Source of the DNA: Octopus sinensis
Taxonomy: Eukaryota
Assembly: GCF_006345805.1 (NCBI RefSeq)
Contig: NC_043000.1
Coordinates: 7,564,001-7,628,000 of the forward strand
DNA: 64,000 nt
Direction of reading: 5' to 3'
Shown: positions 52,550-64,000 of the stretch, one piece after another
Layout of the letters: every line of letters starts with the position of its first letter
Numbering within the stretch: position 1 is the first letter of the stretch
Made by a program: the position numbers and the translations under genes
The notes under the pieces: model-generated
Databases searched by the model: none
Told to the model about the DNA's origin: nothing
What the model saw: the letters and a program-made list of their open reading frames with translations, nothing else

Positions 52550-53531
52550 AGAGAGTTTACGAAAAAAGATAAAAGACGAAGACAGGTGGTGTACAAAACA
52601 AACAGATGTATTAGTATAACGCTCAGGAATAGAAAAAGTCTTTTATGTTTTGAGCCTCTACTCTTCTACAGAAAGGGACACAGAAAAAACAAGGAAAGAA
52701 AAAAATGTGTGTAGTGGCTAACGATCTATCACCACTTGACAACCAGTGTTGGTTTGTTTGCATCCCTGTAACCTAGCAGTTCGGTAAAAAAATACCTATA
52801 GAATAAGTACCAAACTTAAAATAAGTACCGGGGTTGATTTGTTTTAACTAAAATTCCTCAAGGTGGTACCCCAGCATGGCTGCAATCCAATACCTGAAAT
52901 GTGTAAGAGAATAAAAGAATGAAATAGTATAACAAAGTGTACGAGTGCTTATGAGTGTAATTGTAAATTCATGTTGTCTCGCACTGAATAATGATATCCA
53001 TTAATTTACCGATTCTATATTTTCAGCTATTGGAGTCATGTCAGATTACATTGAAACCATTTAATCATATTCCTTACCATTTCCTTTTTTGACAAAGAGG
53101 TTTTTAGACAGGTACATTAGCAGACATTCTAAACATGTTTGTAAAACAATATCATAAATAGGTATGGCAGAAAATGATAGAAAATACTGAAGAAAACTGC
53201 CATTTTTACATCCACCACCAGTAATAATAATGATGATGATGATAAAAATAATAGTAGTAATAATAATAATAATAATAATTATAATAAGAATAATAATAAT
53301 AATAATAATAATGATAAATGAAAATAACAACCCTAAAAAATATTTTGTAGCCATGTCATTTTAATAATGAATGAAGGGATGGGGTATTTAATCTATATGA
53401 AAACTGTTTCAGACGGAATACTTAAGCTGTTTATCAATCAGTATGCATGAAAGTGGAACTGATCAATGAATAAATAAATTTCTGAGAGGCAAATGAAACA
53501 AAAGAATAAATAGAAGACAGACAGACAGACT

Positions 53532-53565
<34 letters not shown>

Positions 53566-53628
53566 CAGATAGATAGAGATAAATTGAGAGTCAAATGAGT
53601 AGGAGAAAGAAAAGTGCTGTGTATGTGA

Positions 53629-53680
<52 letters not shown>

Positions 53681-55973
53681 AAATATATATATCACATACA
53701 TATAAATATATATTACATATATATACATCTGTATTCACACACATTCACATATTTATTCATTGGAGATGGAAGAGATCGAAGAGAGAAAGAATGGGACATT
53801 TTATAGATTATATACACTGTAATTTCAATAATAAAAGATGAACAGTGATGCAAGGCTAGCACAACATTTACTATTCCTATTGCTAATAATAATAATAATA
53901 ACAATAATAATAATGATAATAATCACAATATAAACCCAGTACTAAAGTAAAAGTAAATGATTGATAAAAAAAAGAAAAACAAATGATTTTCAGTTTAAAA
54001 ATTGATATTGAATATTTTATAATTTCTGAAATAAGTCAAAGGTCCTGAAAGTAAATCCATATTAAAGGTCTTGGGTTGCGGTGGAGCAATAAAAACAACT
54101 AAAAAAAACCCATTTGATCAATAACTACAAAGGTGTTAGATCAGATTTCAATGTTTCTTCCTAGCAAATTATAATTTTTAAAAAATTATATTTTTTTTAT
54201 TACCATTTTTTCTTTACATCCATTTATTACCATTGTATTAACGTCTATGTTTGGAATGGTTTTCTTATAAATTTGAATTATTATACACTGATAAATTCTA
54301 GTTGGTTGCGTCATCTCCTGATTTATAGTCACAACATTTTGGCCATTGTACTCTTTGGCATTATTCAATACTTGTCATATTTGATAATCAGCACACCTTG
54401 TTGTCATCATCATCATCATCATCATCACTATCATTATCATCATCATCACCATCATTATCATCATCATCATCATCATCATCCATTTTCCTTGCTGACATGG
54501 ATCGAATAGTTTGACAGGAGCTGACAAGCTGGAGGACTATGCCAAGCTCCAATGTCTGCTTTGGCATAGTTTCCACAACGGGATACCCTTTCTGATGCCA
54601 ACCACTTTACAGAGTGTACTGCGTGATTTTTTTTGTGGCACCAGCACTAGTGAGGCTGCCAAGTAACTCACAAGACAAAAAAATGCTCCCTCGACTGATT
54701 AGGAGTGTAGTAGAAAGTTGGCATTACGCCAGGTATTTAGAGGCTAAAGTTTGATAAAGGGCAATGGAATTTGAAACTGAACTCCTTTATTAAATCTATC
54801 ATCATCATCATCATTTAGCGTCCGCTTTCCATGCTATCATGGGTTGGACAGTTCGACCGGGGTCTGGGAAGCCAGAAGGCTGCACCAGGCTCCAGTCTTA
54901 TCTGGCAATGTTTCTACAGCTGGATGCCCTTCCTAACGCCAACCACTCCGTGAGTGTAGTGGGTGCTTTTTACGTGCCACCGGCACAGGTGCCAGACGGG
55001 GCTGGCAAACGGCCACGGTCGGATGGTGCTTTTTATGTGCCACTGGCATGGGGGCCAGGCGAGGCTCGCAACGGCCACAATTTTTCTCATTCTGTTACTC
55101 TATTGTATATGATATGGCTAATTTATTATGTTGGACACAGATATTGAACTCATGCTCACTATCTAATCTGCTACCCTTAACAAATAATCAATACATATAT
55201 TCACCATTCTCCTCTACTGACAATGGTTTAGTGAACAGAAGCATTGTTTCCTTACTGCATATTTATTTCTGGTCAGATTTTTAATACTCTCTGCATTAGA
55301 TATTTTAAAAAGTAACTTAGCTATTGATTTTTCATACAGATGGTGTCTCTGAATTAAAATGACTTTGCCTAGGGTTGTTAACAGCGTAACTAACTTGGAC
55401 AAGTTCCAAAATCAGATTGAACAAAAAGGAAAACATGGTTCTAGTTTGAGTTTTTTAGTTAAAAATATTTATTATTAACAAAGTTAAATGCTTTTGATAA
55501 AGTTTTCTTCTGAACCAAGTGTCAGAAATGGCATGGTACGTGATCAATTTTATTTGTGTACATGTGTGTGAGTATGTATCTTGACATTGTGTGATTGATG
55601 TGAAATTGAGAACTGCCATGAAATTATGTCAGGCCATGGGGAAATATTACCTTGTTTGGAAACAGGTGAGGGTTGATATAGAAAATCTGCCTCAAAAAAT
55701 TCTGTCTGACCCATGCGAGCATGGAAAAGTAGATGTTAAAATAATAGTGATGAGGATGATGATAATTTATATGTATGTATGTATGTTGCTTTTTGAATGA
55801 ATGAGAAAGGAGTGCTCAATACATGTTGTAGAGGATATGGTTTTGTTCTGAAATTGAAACTGAGAGTTTGCCCCATGAGTTCATTTTTATGCCACTGCAT
55901 TTTGCCTGCAGATAGCAGTGACATGAAACTCAAGCCACTAAACAAATGGCTTCCAGTCTGAATAAAGAAACTA

Positions 55974-56008
<35 letters not shown>

Positions 56009-56029
56009 AATAATTATATATATATATAT

Positions 56030-57010
56030 ATACAGAGCAGGGTCATCAGTATAGGGAAGCTCCCAAGAGCATCCTGTCTTAAATTCCTCTGTTATTGCCT
56101 GGAATTCTTCACTATACTCGTTGCCAACCTTCACCTTACTGATTGCATCCTCGTACAAGGCTTGTACAGCTCTCACTAACCACTCATCTATCCCTAGTTT
56201 CCACATTGACCACCGGATAAGGGATTGTGGGGGACCCTGTCAAAGGCTTTTTCCATGTCAATGAAAGCCAGGTACAGAGGTTTATCTTTGGCTAGGTATT
56301 TCTCTTGCAGCTGTCTTACAAGAAATATAGCATCAGTGGTACTTTTCCCTGGCACAAACCCAAACTGCATCTTCTCTAAACTGACTCTCTCCCTAATTAG
56401 TTGGGCTATGACCCTCTCTGTGACTTTCATTCCCTGATCCAAAAACTTGATACCTCCATAATTATTTGTATCTTATGCATCGACTATGGTGCTGCTACAC
56501 CAGTCATTCGGTATGACTCCTTCATGTATCACCTGGTTGACTATATGGGTGACTAGACTATAGCCAACACTGCCAGATATTTTTAGCATCTCTATGGTGA
56601 TTCCTGATGGGCCAGGGGCTTTCCCTGTCTTCATACCCTTAATTGCTTTATCTACCAAGGTACTGTCAATTCGGATAGCTGGTCCCTCTGTTGGGTCGGC
56701 ATTCGGCAGACTCTCTTTCTCCCATTCATTCTCTTCATTTAGCAACCTTTCATAGTGGCATCTCCAAGTCTCTCTCCTTGCAGCCTCATTAAATTCAAGT
56801 GAGCCATCATCCATGTGGACACATTTCTCTCCTATGACATCACGATTCTCTCTCATACACTGTCTTGCAACACGAAACGCATCAAGCCTTTGGTCCTCAT
56901 GATGCAGAACATTGGCAATTTTTTCTGATCTGCTTCCCCTCTGGCTAAGTAAACCTCTCTCCTAGCTTTCCTTCTGACAATCTGATACAATTCCCTGCTA
57001 CCACCGTTAT
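56030..57010 (-). pseudogene. RTE-clade LINE reverse transcriptase fragment with internal deletions
   Basis: WRCHYERLLNEEN, MKTGKAPGPSG, GVIPNDW, QFGFVPGKSTTDAIFLVRQLQEKY...LAFIDMEKAFDRVP. Confidence 0.92.
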
Positions 57011-57662
57011 GTATTTATATATATATATCTATATATATCTATCTATATATATATATGTATATATTAATCAAAATCTACAGAATTATAGCCACTCTTACCA
57101 ATCAGTTTCACAGTAGGGGTTCAACAGAATGTTAGGCAACTGTCCGATTATGTAACCCTATGCTCTTCAGAGGTAGCCGTTATGGAAATATATATGGTAA
57201 CTTCTCTTTATTGTTGGAAGTGAATAGACACATCTGGTTTGTGGTTGCTGTGAAAAAGATGATGAAACACATCCTGGGGAGCAGCAAAATAGGTATAACA
57301 CTTGCTTAATTTCTATATTTCATTTCATTTCTCTATTTCTTTTTTTAAATCTAAGCAATTCATAAGTCACTTAAGGGATCTGTGGGAGATGCCTAGTTCA
57401 TTGGAAGGTCTCTTTTTTGATTTCTGGGGAATTTGAGTGAATGCTTGATTTAATTTTCTTCAGTGATAACACTTACTGTTCAATCAATTTTCTGTTCAAT
57501 TGCAGATGGGCCAGTCTGTTCAGATTCGCCACATTTCCTGTAAACTGTTAATCTTGACATTCTATCTATTTCTATTTAACAATTTCTGCATTCTATTTTA
57601 CCATTGCTGCTTGATGATCCAATTTCATTCCTTGTTAATCAAATTTCCAGCTATATAATAAA

Positions 57663-58051
57663 CTAGCAGTATTGCCTGGCGTTGCTTAGGTTTGTTTTGA
57701 CCCTTTAGAATTGGAATTTTTGAAAAGTAAAAATTTTGCATTATGTAGCTTGTTATTCTCATTAAGTGAACATTTTTCTGGTTGAAATACACCAAAAATG
57801 GTGACACAGCAGTCAAAAAATCGTAAAAAATAGGGATTTTCATAGAAAAAAAGCACCTTTTTGATGTAAATAATTTTTGGTCTTAACATGGTCCGATTTG
57901 AATTTTATCTTCTACGGAATGAAGAGCAAGCCTTCTTCTATCATACTCACAATTTTGGTCAACTTGTTCCGCAGGGTCTCAGAGGAGATAGTGTTAGTTG
58001 AAGGCTACCAAACCTGCCACACACAGACAACTTCAGCTTTATATATATAGA
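57663..58051 (-). mobile_element. Non-autonomous Helitron (389 bp)
   Basis: Minus strand A|TCTATATATATAAAGCTGAAGTTGT start and cctaagcaacgccaggcaatactgCTAG|T end, similar to the termini of 10238-10754. Confidence 0.8.
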
Positions 58052-58620
58052 TATATGAAATTAGGAATAATTATTTTATTATAAAAAGAATTAATTAAAA
58101 AAGAACACAGAATTATAGAATTCTTCTCTTAACAATAGAGAAATGAAAAGAACATTTGACTTACATTAAGCACAGCTGTATCCCTACTTTTTCCCACCTC
58201 TGTATTGAATGCAAATTCAAGTACAGCTGCGTTTATGTTTCAGTTGCATATTCGTTCATGTCCTTCAAATAGATTCTGGCATATTCACAAGGATCCACTC
58301 ATTGTTGGTGTAAGGAAATATAAGGATGTAACTTTAAGCCTTTAGATTGTAGTCAACAAACTGATGGAGAGATCTTACACTAACAATCATTAATTAGGTA
58401 TAAAATAGAGGAAGGTATATATTTCACCTAGCTCCACCCAACACACACACACAAACTTATTTATATATATGCTGATATGTATGTATATATACATACATAC
58501 ATAAAGACAGAGAGAGACGTACATATATGTATATACATACAGACATACATACACACATACATACATGCACACTTACATACATACATACATATATACACAC
58601 TTACATACTTACATGCATAC

Positions 58621-58824
58621 TCTTTACTTGTTTCAGTCATTTGACTGCGGCCATACTGGAGCACCGCCTTTAGTCGAGAAAATTGACCTCAGGACTTACT
58701 CTTTGTAAGCCTAGTACCTATTCTATCAGTCTCTTTTGCTGAACTGCTAAGTTACTGGCTGTAAACACACCACCATCGGTTGTCAAGCGATGTTGGGGGG
58801 ACAAACATAGACACACAAACATAT

Positions 58825-58869
<45 letters not shown>

Positions 58870-59030
58870 CGACGGGCTTCTTTCAGTTTCCATCTACCAA
58901 ATCCACTCACAAGGCTTTGGTCGGCTGAAGCTATAGTAAAAGACACTTGCCCAAGTTGCCACACAGTGGGAATGAACCTTGAGGCATGTGGTTGGTAAGC
59001 AAGCTACTTACCACACAGCCACTCCTATGC
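58621..59030 (-). mobile_element. Family-3 SINE (other copies near 4455-4618, 7418-7585, 18826-18970, 20425-20582, 50835-51110, 52700-52920, 59560-59820)
   Basis: Full head and tail as for 4636-5145. Confidence 0.8.
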
Positions 59031-60821
59031 TTTCTTTTCCTTTCTTGCATTAGTTTCAGTTATAGGTGATTAACTGGCAGAATTATTAAATTTTGAGTTC
59101 AAACTCCACTAAGGTCAACTTTGAATGTCATCCTTTCATAGTTTTTAGATAAAGAACCAGCTTAAGGTGGTGGACTGATGAAATTGTAAGGGCTTGTAAT
59201 ATTTCCTCTGACTCTGTGTTTTAAGTTCAAATCCTTCCATGGCCTTCATGGGTGGTAGACTTTATCCACCACTAGTTTAATACCAGCACCTGGTCCTTGG
59301 CTACCTTTACTGGAGTTCATTCTGTTACAAGCATTTTGGATTAGGTCTTCACTTTGAAGATCTCTTCCTCTCTTCCTCCCTTTCACCAATGTTGGAGACC
59401 CTAGGAAGTTTCATGGGCCCTTCCTTGCTGACTATGTAATAAAAATGAAAGAACACAGTGAATTGTGGCCAAGCTGGGGCATTACTTTCATGAGTTTTAG
59501 TTGATATATTGATTCCAGAACTTATTTAAATTTGGTACATATTGTATACCATCCTGTTTGTCAAACTGCTAAGTTATGGCACATAACAAGACACAACATG
59601 AACATAGACAGTGTAAACGTAAGCACACACACACACACACACACACAACTGCATACACGATGGACTTGCATACAGTTTCTATCAACCAAAATTTCATTCT
59701 CAAGAGATTGGTCAATCTGGGACTGCAACAAAGAAGACGCTTGTCAAAGTTGTGCAATGTAAGATTGAACCCCAAATCATATGGCTGCAAAGTGAACTTT
59801 CTTAATCACACAGCTATATTTGCATGTACACAATGCAGACACATTCATTTGCACACATGCTACATGTTGTGTAGTGTTTTCAATTTAAGATTTAAAATAC
59901 TCACTATATTTTACTCAACTGCTTGTCAAGAAACTAAAAGTAATGTCGAATTTTTACTTGAAAGTAATCCTCTTCCCCACTCCCTCCTCCGTCTATACAT
60001 CTAACTGTCCACTAACATTTCATCTATGTGCATTTAAGAGTACAGATGTCAGTGTGGTCCTCAAAATAGCAGGCATCCAGCTGACAGACTGATGGTTCAT
60101 ATCTTGTCACTGGCAATAAATATCATGTTTGTGGTCATGGTATTAAGCTCTGTCTACCTCACCATAAATAGTTAAGGTTGGATAGGAATATCTCGGCAGT
60201 GGTGAATGGAAGTTGAACATCTGACAATAGATGAATTGATCGAGAGTTGAGAGAAAGAAAAACAGAAACAGACAGGAGGTGATCAACCAACAAAGAATTA
60301 TTGATTTGTAATTTATTCCAAAGTAAGGGCAGTGATAAACAGAATCATTTGAATGTCACAAAATACCTTGTGGTTTACATTTACAAACCCAAGTTCAAAT
60401 CCTGCCAAGGTTTTCTTTACTTTGTGTTCTCTTGGTTTAATAAATTAAAATACCATTGAGTTCTTAATTATTTATTTAAGCCCTTCACTCTCTGTGGAGC
60501 ATAGGCCATTTATGCATTTCCTCTGCTGTTCTCAAATCTGTCTTTTTTGCTTTACGGTGCAGCCTATCCACTTGCACTTCAGGCCTTGAGAAAAGGTGTT
60601 CTTCTCCCAGGTGTTGTTGGTTTTGAATTGTCATCAGTGCTTCTGTAACTTTATGTTTTTAGGTAGGGGTGCTGGCGCTATACAAACCCATTTTATCTCT
60701 GGGAGGGAAAGGTGATCCATATTAGTATGGCCTCTACTCTTTGAGCTGTCCAGCAAAAGAAACCCTACTAGGAACTTACACAAATGCATGCACACACACA
60801 TGCATACACACACACACACAC

Positions 60822-60870
<49 letters not shown>

Positions 60871-62479
60871 ACAATAGACATTCACAAATCTCAAGTTGTA
60901 TACAGAATTATTGGAAAACATTCAATGTCTTACATATTGTACACAACTTGAGGTGTCTGCCTTGCTTTAAAGTTTGTTGTCCTCTTTAACAATTATATAT
61001 CTGCTGCATTGGAAATCTATAATGGCTCCATAACTACCATCTCAGCTATAACTTTGGAGCCTTAGTAATCCGTTACAGCACTTACCCAGCATACCTAATT
61101 GTTTAGATCACCTGTGAACTAAGCCCCCATACTTTGTGTATATATATGTATATATATATTTATCTAACATCTGTTTTCCATGCTGGCATGAGTTGCATGG
61201 CTTGACAGGAACTGGTAAGGCCAGAAGCTGAACCAGGTTCCAAAATCTATTTTGGCTTTGTTTCTACTGCTGGATGTCCTTCCTAATGCCAACTACTCCA
61301 CAGAGTGTATTGGGTGCATTTTATGTGGAACTGTCACAGGTGCTTTTTATGTGACACCAGCAATTGTTCTTTTTACACTGCACCTTGATTTTAGAATTTC
61401 AATTCTCTTGTGGTGGGTGGGTCTTCTTGAATACAGCCACATATTTCGGTCTTCTGTCATCTCAATATATATATGTATAAACAAAAATAGCCAGTGATAT
61501 CTGTCAAGGTAGAATCCGAAAGAGTATGAAGATCCAGTGGTAATCTGGGTGGAGTGCTGGTATGTGGATGAGGAGAGGAACTGAAAGTTCAGGAAGTTGT
61601 TAAGATACAAGTCCAAGAGATAAGAATTTCAGTCGGGAAGGATCAAACTGGGGTAACCACATGAGCTGAACTCTACACAGTTTTTCTCACTCTGTTTTTT
61701 TTTGTTTGCTCTCCATTTTTATCTCTTATTCCTTTCTGTCGAAGAGCATAGGCTTTTCCATTTTTCCCAAGCATTAAACTAATACAACTGCTTGTTGTTC
61801 CTACACCTGTCTTCAGCTTTTGTTTTTTGTAAATTTCAACTATATGTATATCATCATCACCCTCATCATCATTTAATGTTCATTGTCCATGCTGGCATGG
61901 GTCGGATGGTTTGACCAGGTTGACATGCTGGAAGGCTGCACCAGACTCCAGTCTGATTCTGCATGGTTTTCTATGGTTGGATGCCCTTCCTAATGCCAAC
62001 CACTCTGAGAGTGTAATGGGTGCTTTTACATGCTACTGGCATGGGTGCCATTTGCATGGCACCGGTATATACCACAACTGTGATTTTGCTCAGCTTGATG
62101 GGTCTTCTTCTCAAGCACAACATAATGCCTAAGGTCTCGGTCATTGAGTCCGTGAGGTCCAACACTCAAAGGGAACTCAGCCACTTTGCCTCTGTGAGGC
62201 CCAACGCTTGAAAAGTGTTCTTTACGTGCCACCAGCATGGGTGCACTTCGCTTGACAGGCCCTCTCAAGCACAGCATATCGCTAAAGGTCTTGGTCATTA
62301 GTCATTGCCTGTGTGAGGCTCAAAGTTTGAAGATCATGCTACACCACCTTGTCCCATGTCTTCCTGGGTCTACTTCTACCACAGGTTTCCTCCACAGTTA
62401 GAGATCGGCACTTCTTTATACAGCTGTCTTCGTCCATATGCATCACATGACCATACCAGTGCAGTCATGTCTCTTGCAC

Positions 62480-62712
62480 ACCACATATATATATGAGTGT
62501 GTAGTATATATATATATATATGTATGTATGTATGTATGTATATATATATATGTGTGTGTATGTATGTATGTATGCATATATATATATATATGTGTGTGTA
62601 TGCATGTATGTATATATATATATATGTATGTGTGTGTGTATGTATGTATGTATATATATGTATATATGTGTGTGTATGTATGTATGTATGTATGTATATG
62701 TATGTATGTATA

Positions 62713-62761
<49 letters not shown>

Positions 62762-62925
62762 ATGTATGTATGTGTATGTATGTATATATATGTGTGTATG
62801 TATATATGTGTGTGTATGTAATATGTGTGTATAAATATATATATATGTATATATATATGTATATATATGTGTATATACATATATATGTATATATACATAC
62901 ATATATATATATGTATGTATGTATA
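62480..62925. repeat. Compound (TA)/(TG)/(TATG)n microsatellite field
   Basis: Directly visible. Confidence 0.95.
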
Positions 62926-63606
62926 TAAAGAAAAAGTGAAAGGGGTACAGTTAGACATATTCATGTGTATATAGATTGGGTACATTGAAAACAACTTTAT
63001 TAATTCATTTCATCGAGTTTTCTTTACCAAAATCTTATTAAACAGACTATTCCTGATACCATTTAGGAAATATTACCATAGGAAGACATTTGAACTATTA
63101 ATAACCTGAGACCCCCCCACCTCCAGCAAAACAAAAAAAAAATTCAGAAATAACAAAAAAAAAGCAAATATAATTAATTTGAGTCATTGATTTTTAAATG
63201 GTATTGAATAAAAATATACCATTTCAACTGGGTTCATATTACGCCACTTGCTTGACAGCAATTGCAGCATTGCAGTTGGCTTCTTAACATGTTGCCAACT
63301 TTACAACACTGCACATTCTGTGTTTGCAGTAACTGCAGATTGTTATTCCATGTCACTGAACATGTCTAATAAGGAATCGTGTCTCAGATTATTTAGCTTT
63401 CATTGAATGCTCTAGGAAGTTAAATTTATTTTTCATTTTCATATATGTGTATACAGTATATATAGATACAAAGATAAATAGATAGATAGATATGTCTATA
63501 GATATACACACACATAATATATAATATATATATATATACATGTATTTATATATAAGTATATATATATATATATATATATCTGTCTGTCGGTTTGTCTGTC
63601 TTTCTG

Positions 63607-64000
63607 TCTGAGCTAGTTAAGAAGCTAGAAGAGGCAATTAGAAGCGGCATCGCATCCGACGTTTTGGCGGCGAGGTTGGCCCTCGACCAACACTTCAACG
63701 CCAAACACGAAGGATGTGCTGTCAGAGCTAGGATGCGTGCTCTAAGGAACGAAGGTGTTGGAGCCGCGAGAGAGGCCCGGGTGGCAGAGGCGCAACAGGG
63801 CAACAAAGCCACCATTCGGTCACTGGTAGATGAACAGGGGCGCGAATTGCTCGAGCCAAGTAAAATGTGTGAGGCCTTTCAGCAGCATTTTGCCCGACTG
63901 TTCGGAACGAGTGGAGGGCAAGAACGTAGGGTGGACTTCAGTGCCTACCTACATAGCCTACCACGACTCTCGACAAGAAAGGCAGGGTGCTGCGAAGGTG
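63607..64000 (+). mobile_element. 5'-truncated Tx1/L1-clade LINE ORF2 (linker between APE and RT); frame open to the window end
   Basis: Abrupt GC-rich segment; 131 uninterrupted codons SELVKKLEE...GCAVRARMRALRNEG...TIRSLVDEQG...CEAFQQHFARLF...YLHSLPRLS, matching the L1/Tx1 pre-RT pattern. Confidence 0.75.

Noticed and set aside
62438-62994. Several 100-183 aa ORFs rich in Y/I/H/T/C/V/M
   Set aside because: Dinucleotide and tetranucleotide repeat artefacts; the same applies to similar ORFs near 4794, 11025, 18624, 22967, 33888 and 60634.

Overview
AT-rich, microsatellite-saturated animal genomic DNA; the repeat repertoire resembles an octopod cephalopod (inference, not testable here). Most ORF-track entries are simple-repeat artefacts. 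The only credible host-gene signal is one 93-nt exon (50541-50633, +) resembling an ERp38/PDI-D-type protein disulfide isomerase, so most of the window may be intron. Mobile DNA includes at least four SINE/short-retroposon families, fragments of RTE, CR1, R4/Dong, Tx1/L1 and Penelope-like (PLE) retroelements, maT (DD37D) and mariner relics, MITEs and three non-autonomous Helitrons. The main unexplained structure is at 13612-16149: near-identical ~535-nt monomers, each carrying a canonical type I hammerhead ribozyme, arranged as two tandem arrays joined head-to-head in a ~1.1-kb-arm inverted repeat (retrozyme/PLE pseudo-LTR-like). Two more fold-back elements (2052-2762, 51173-52515) and other short repeat families carry variant hammerhead-like cores, and the inverted pairs all point outward. 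Coordinates were read by eye; repeat boundaries are approximate.
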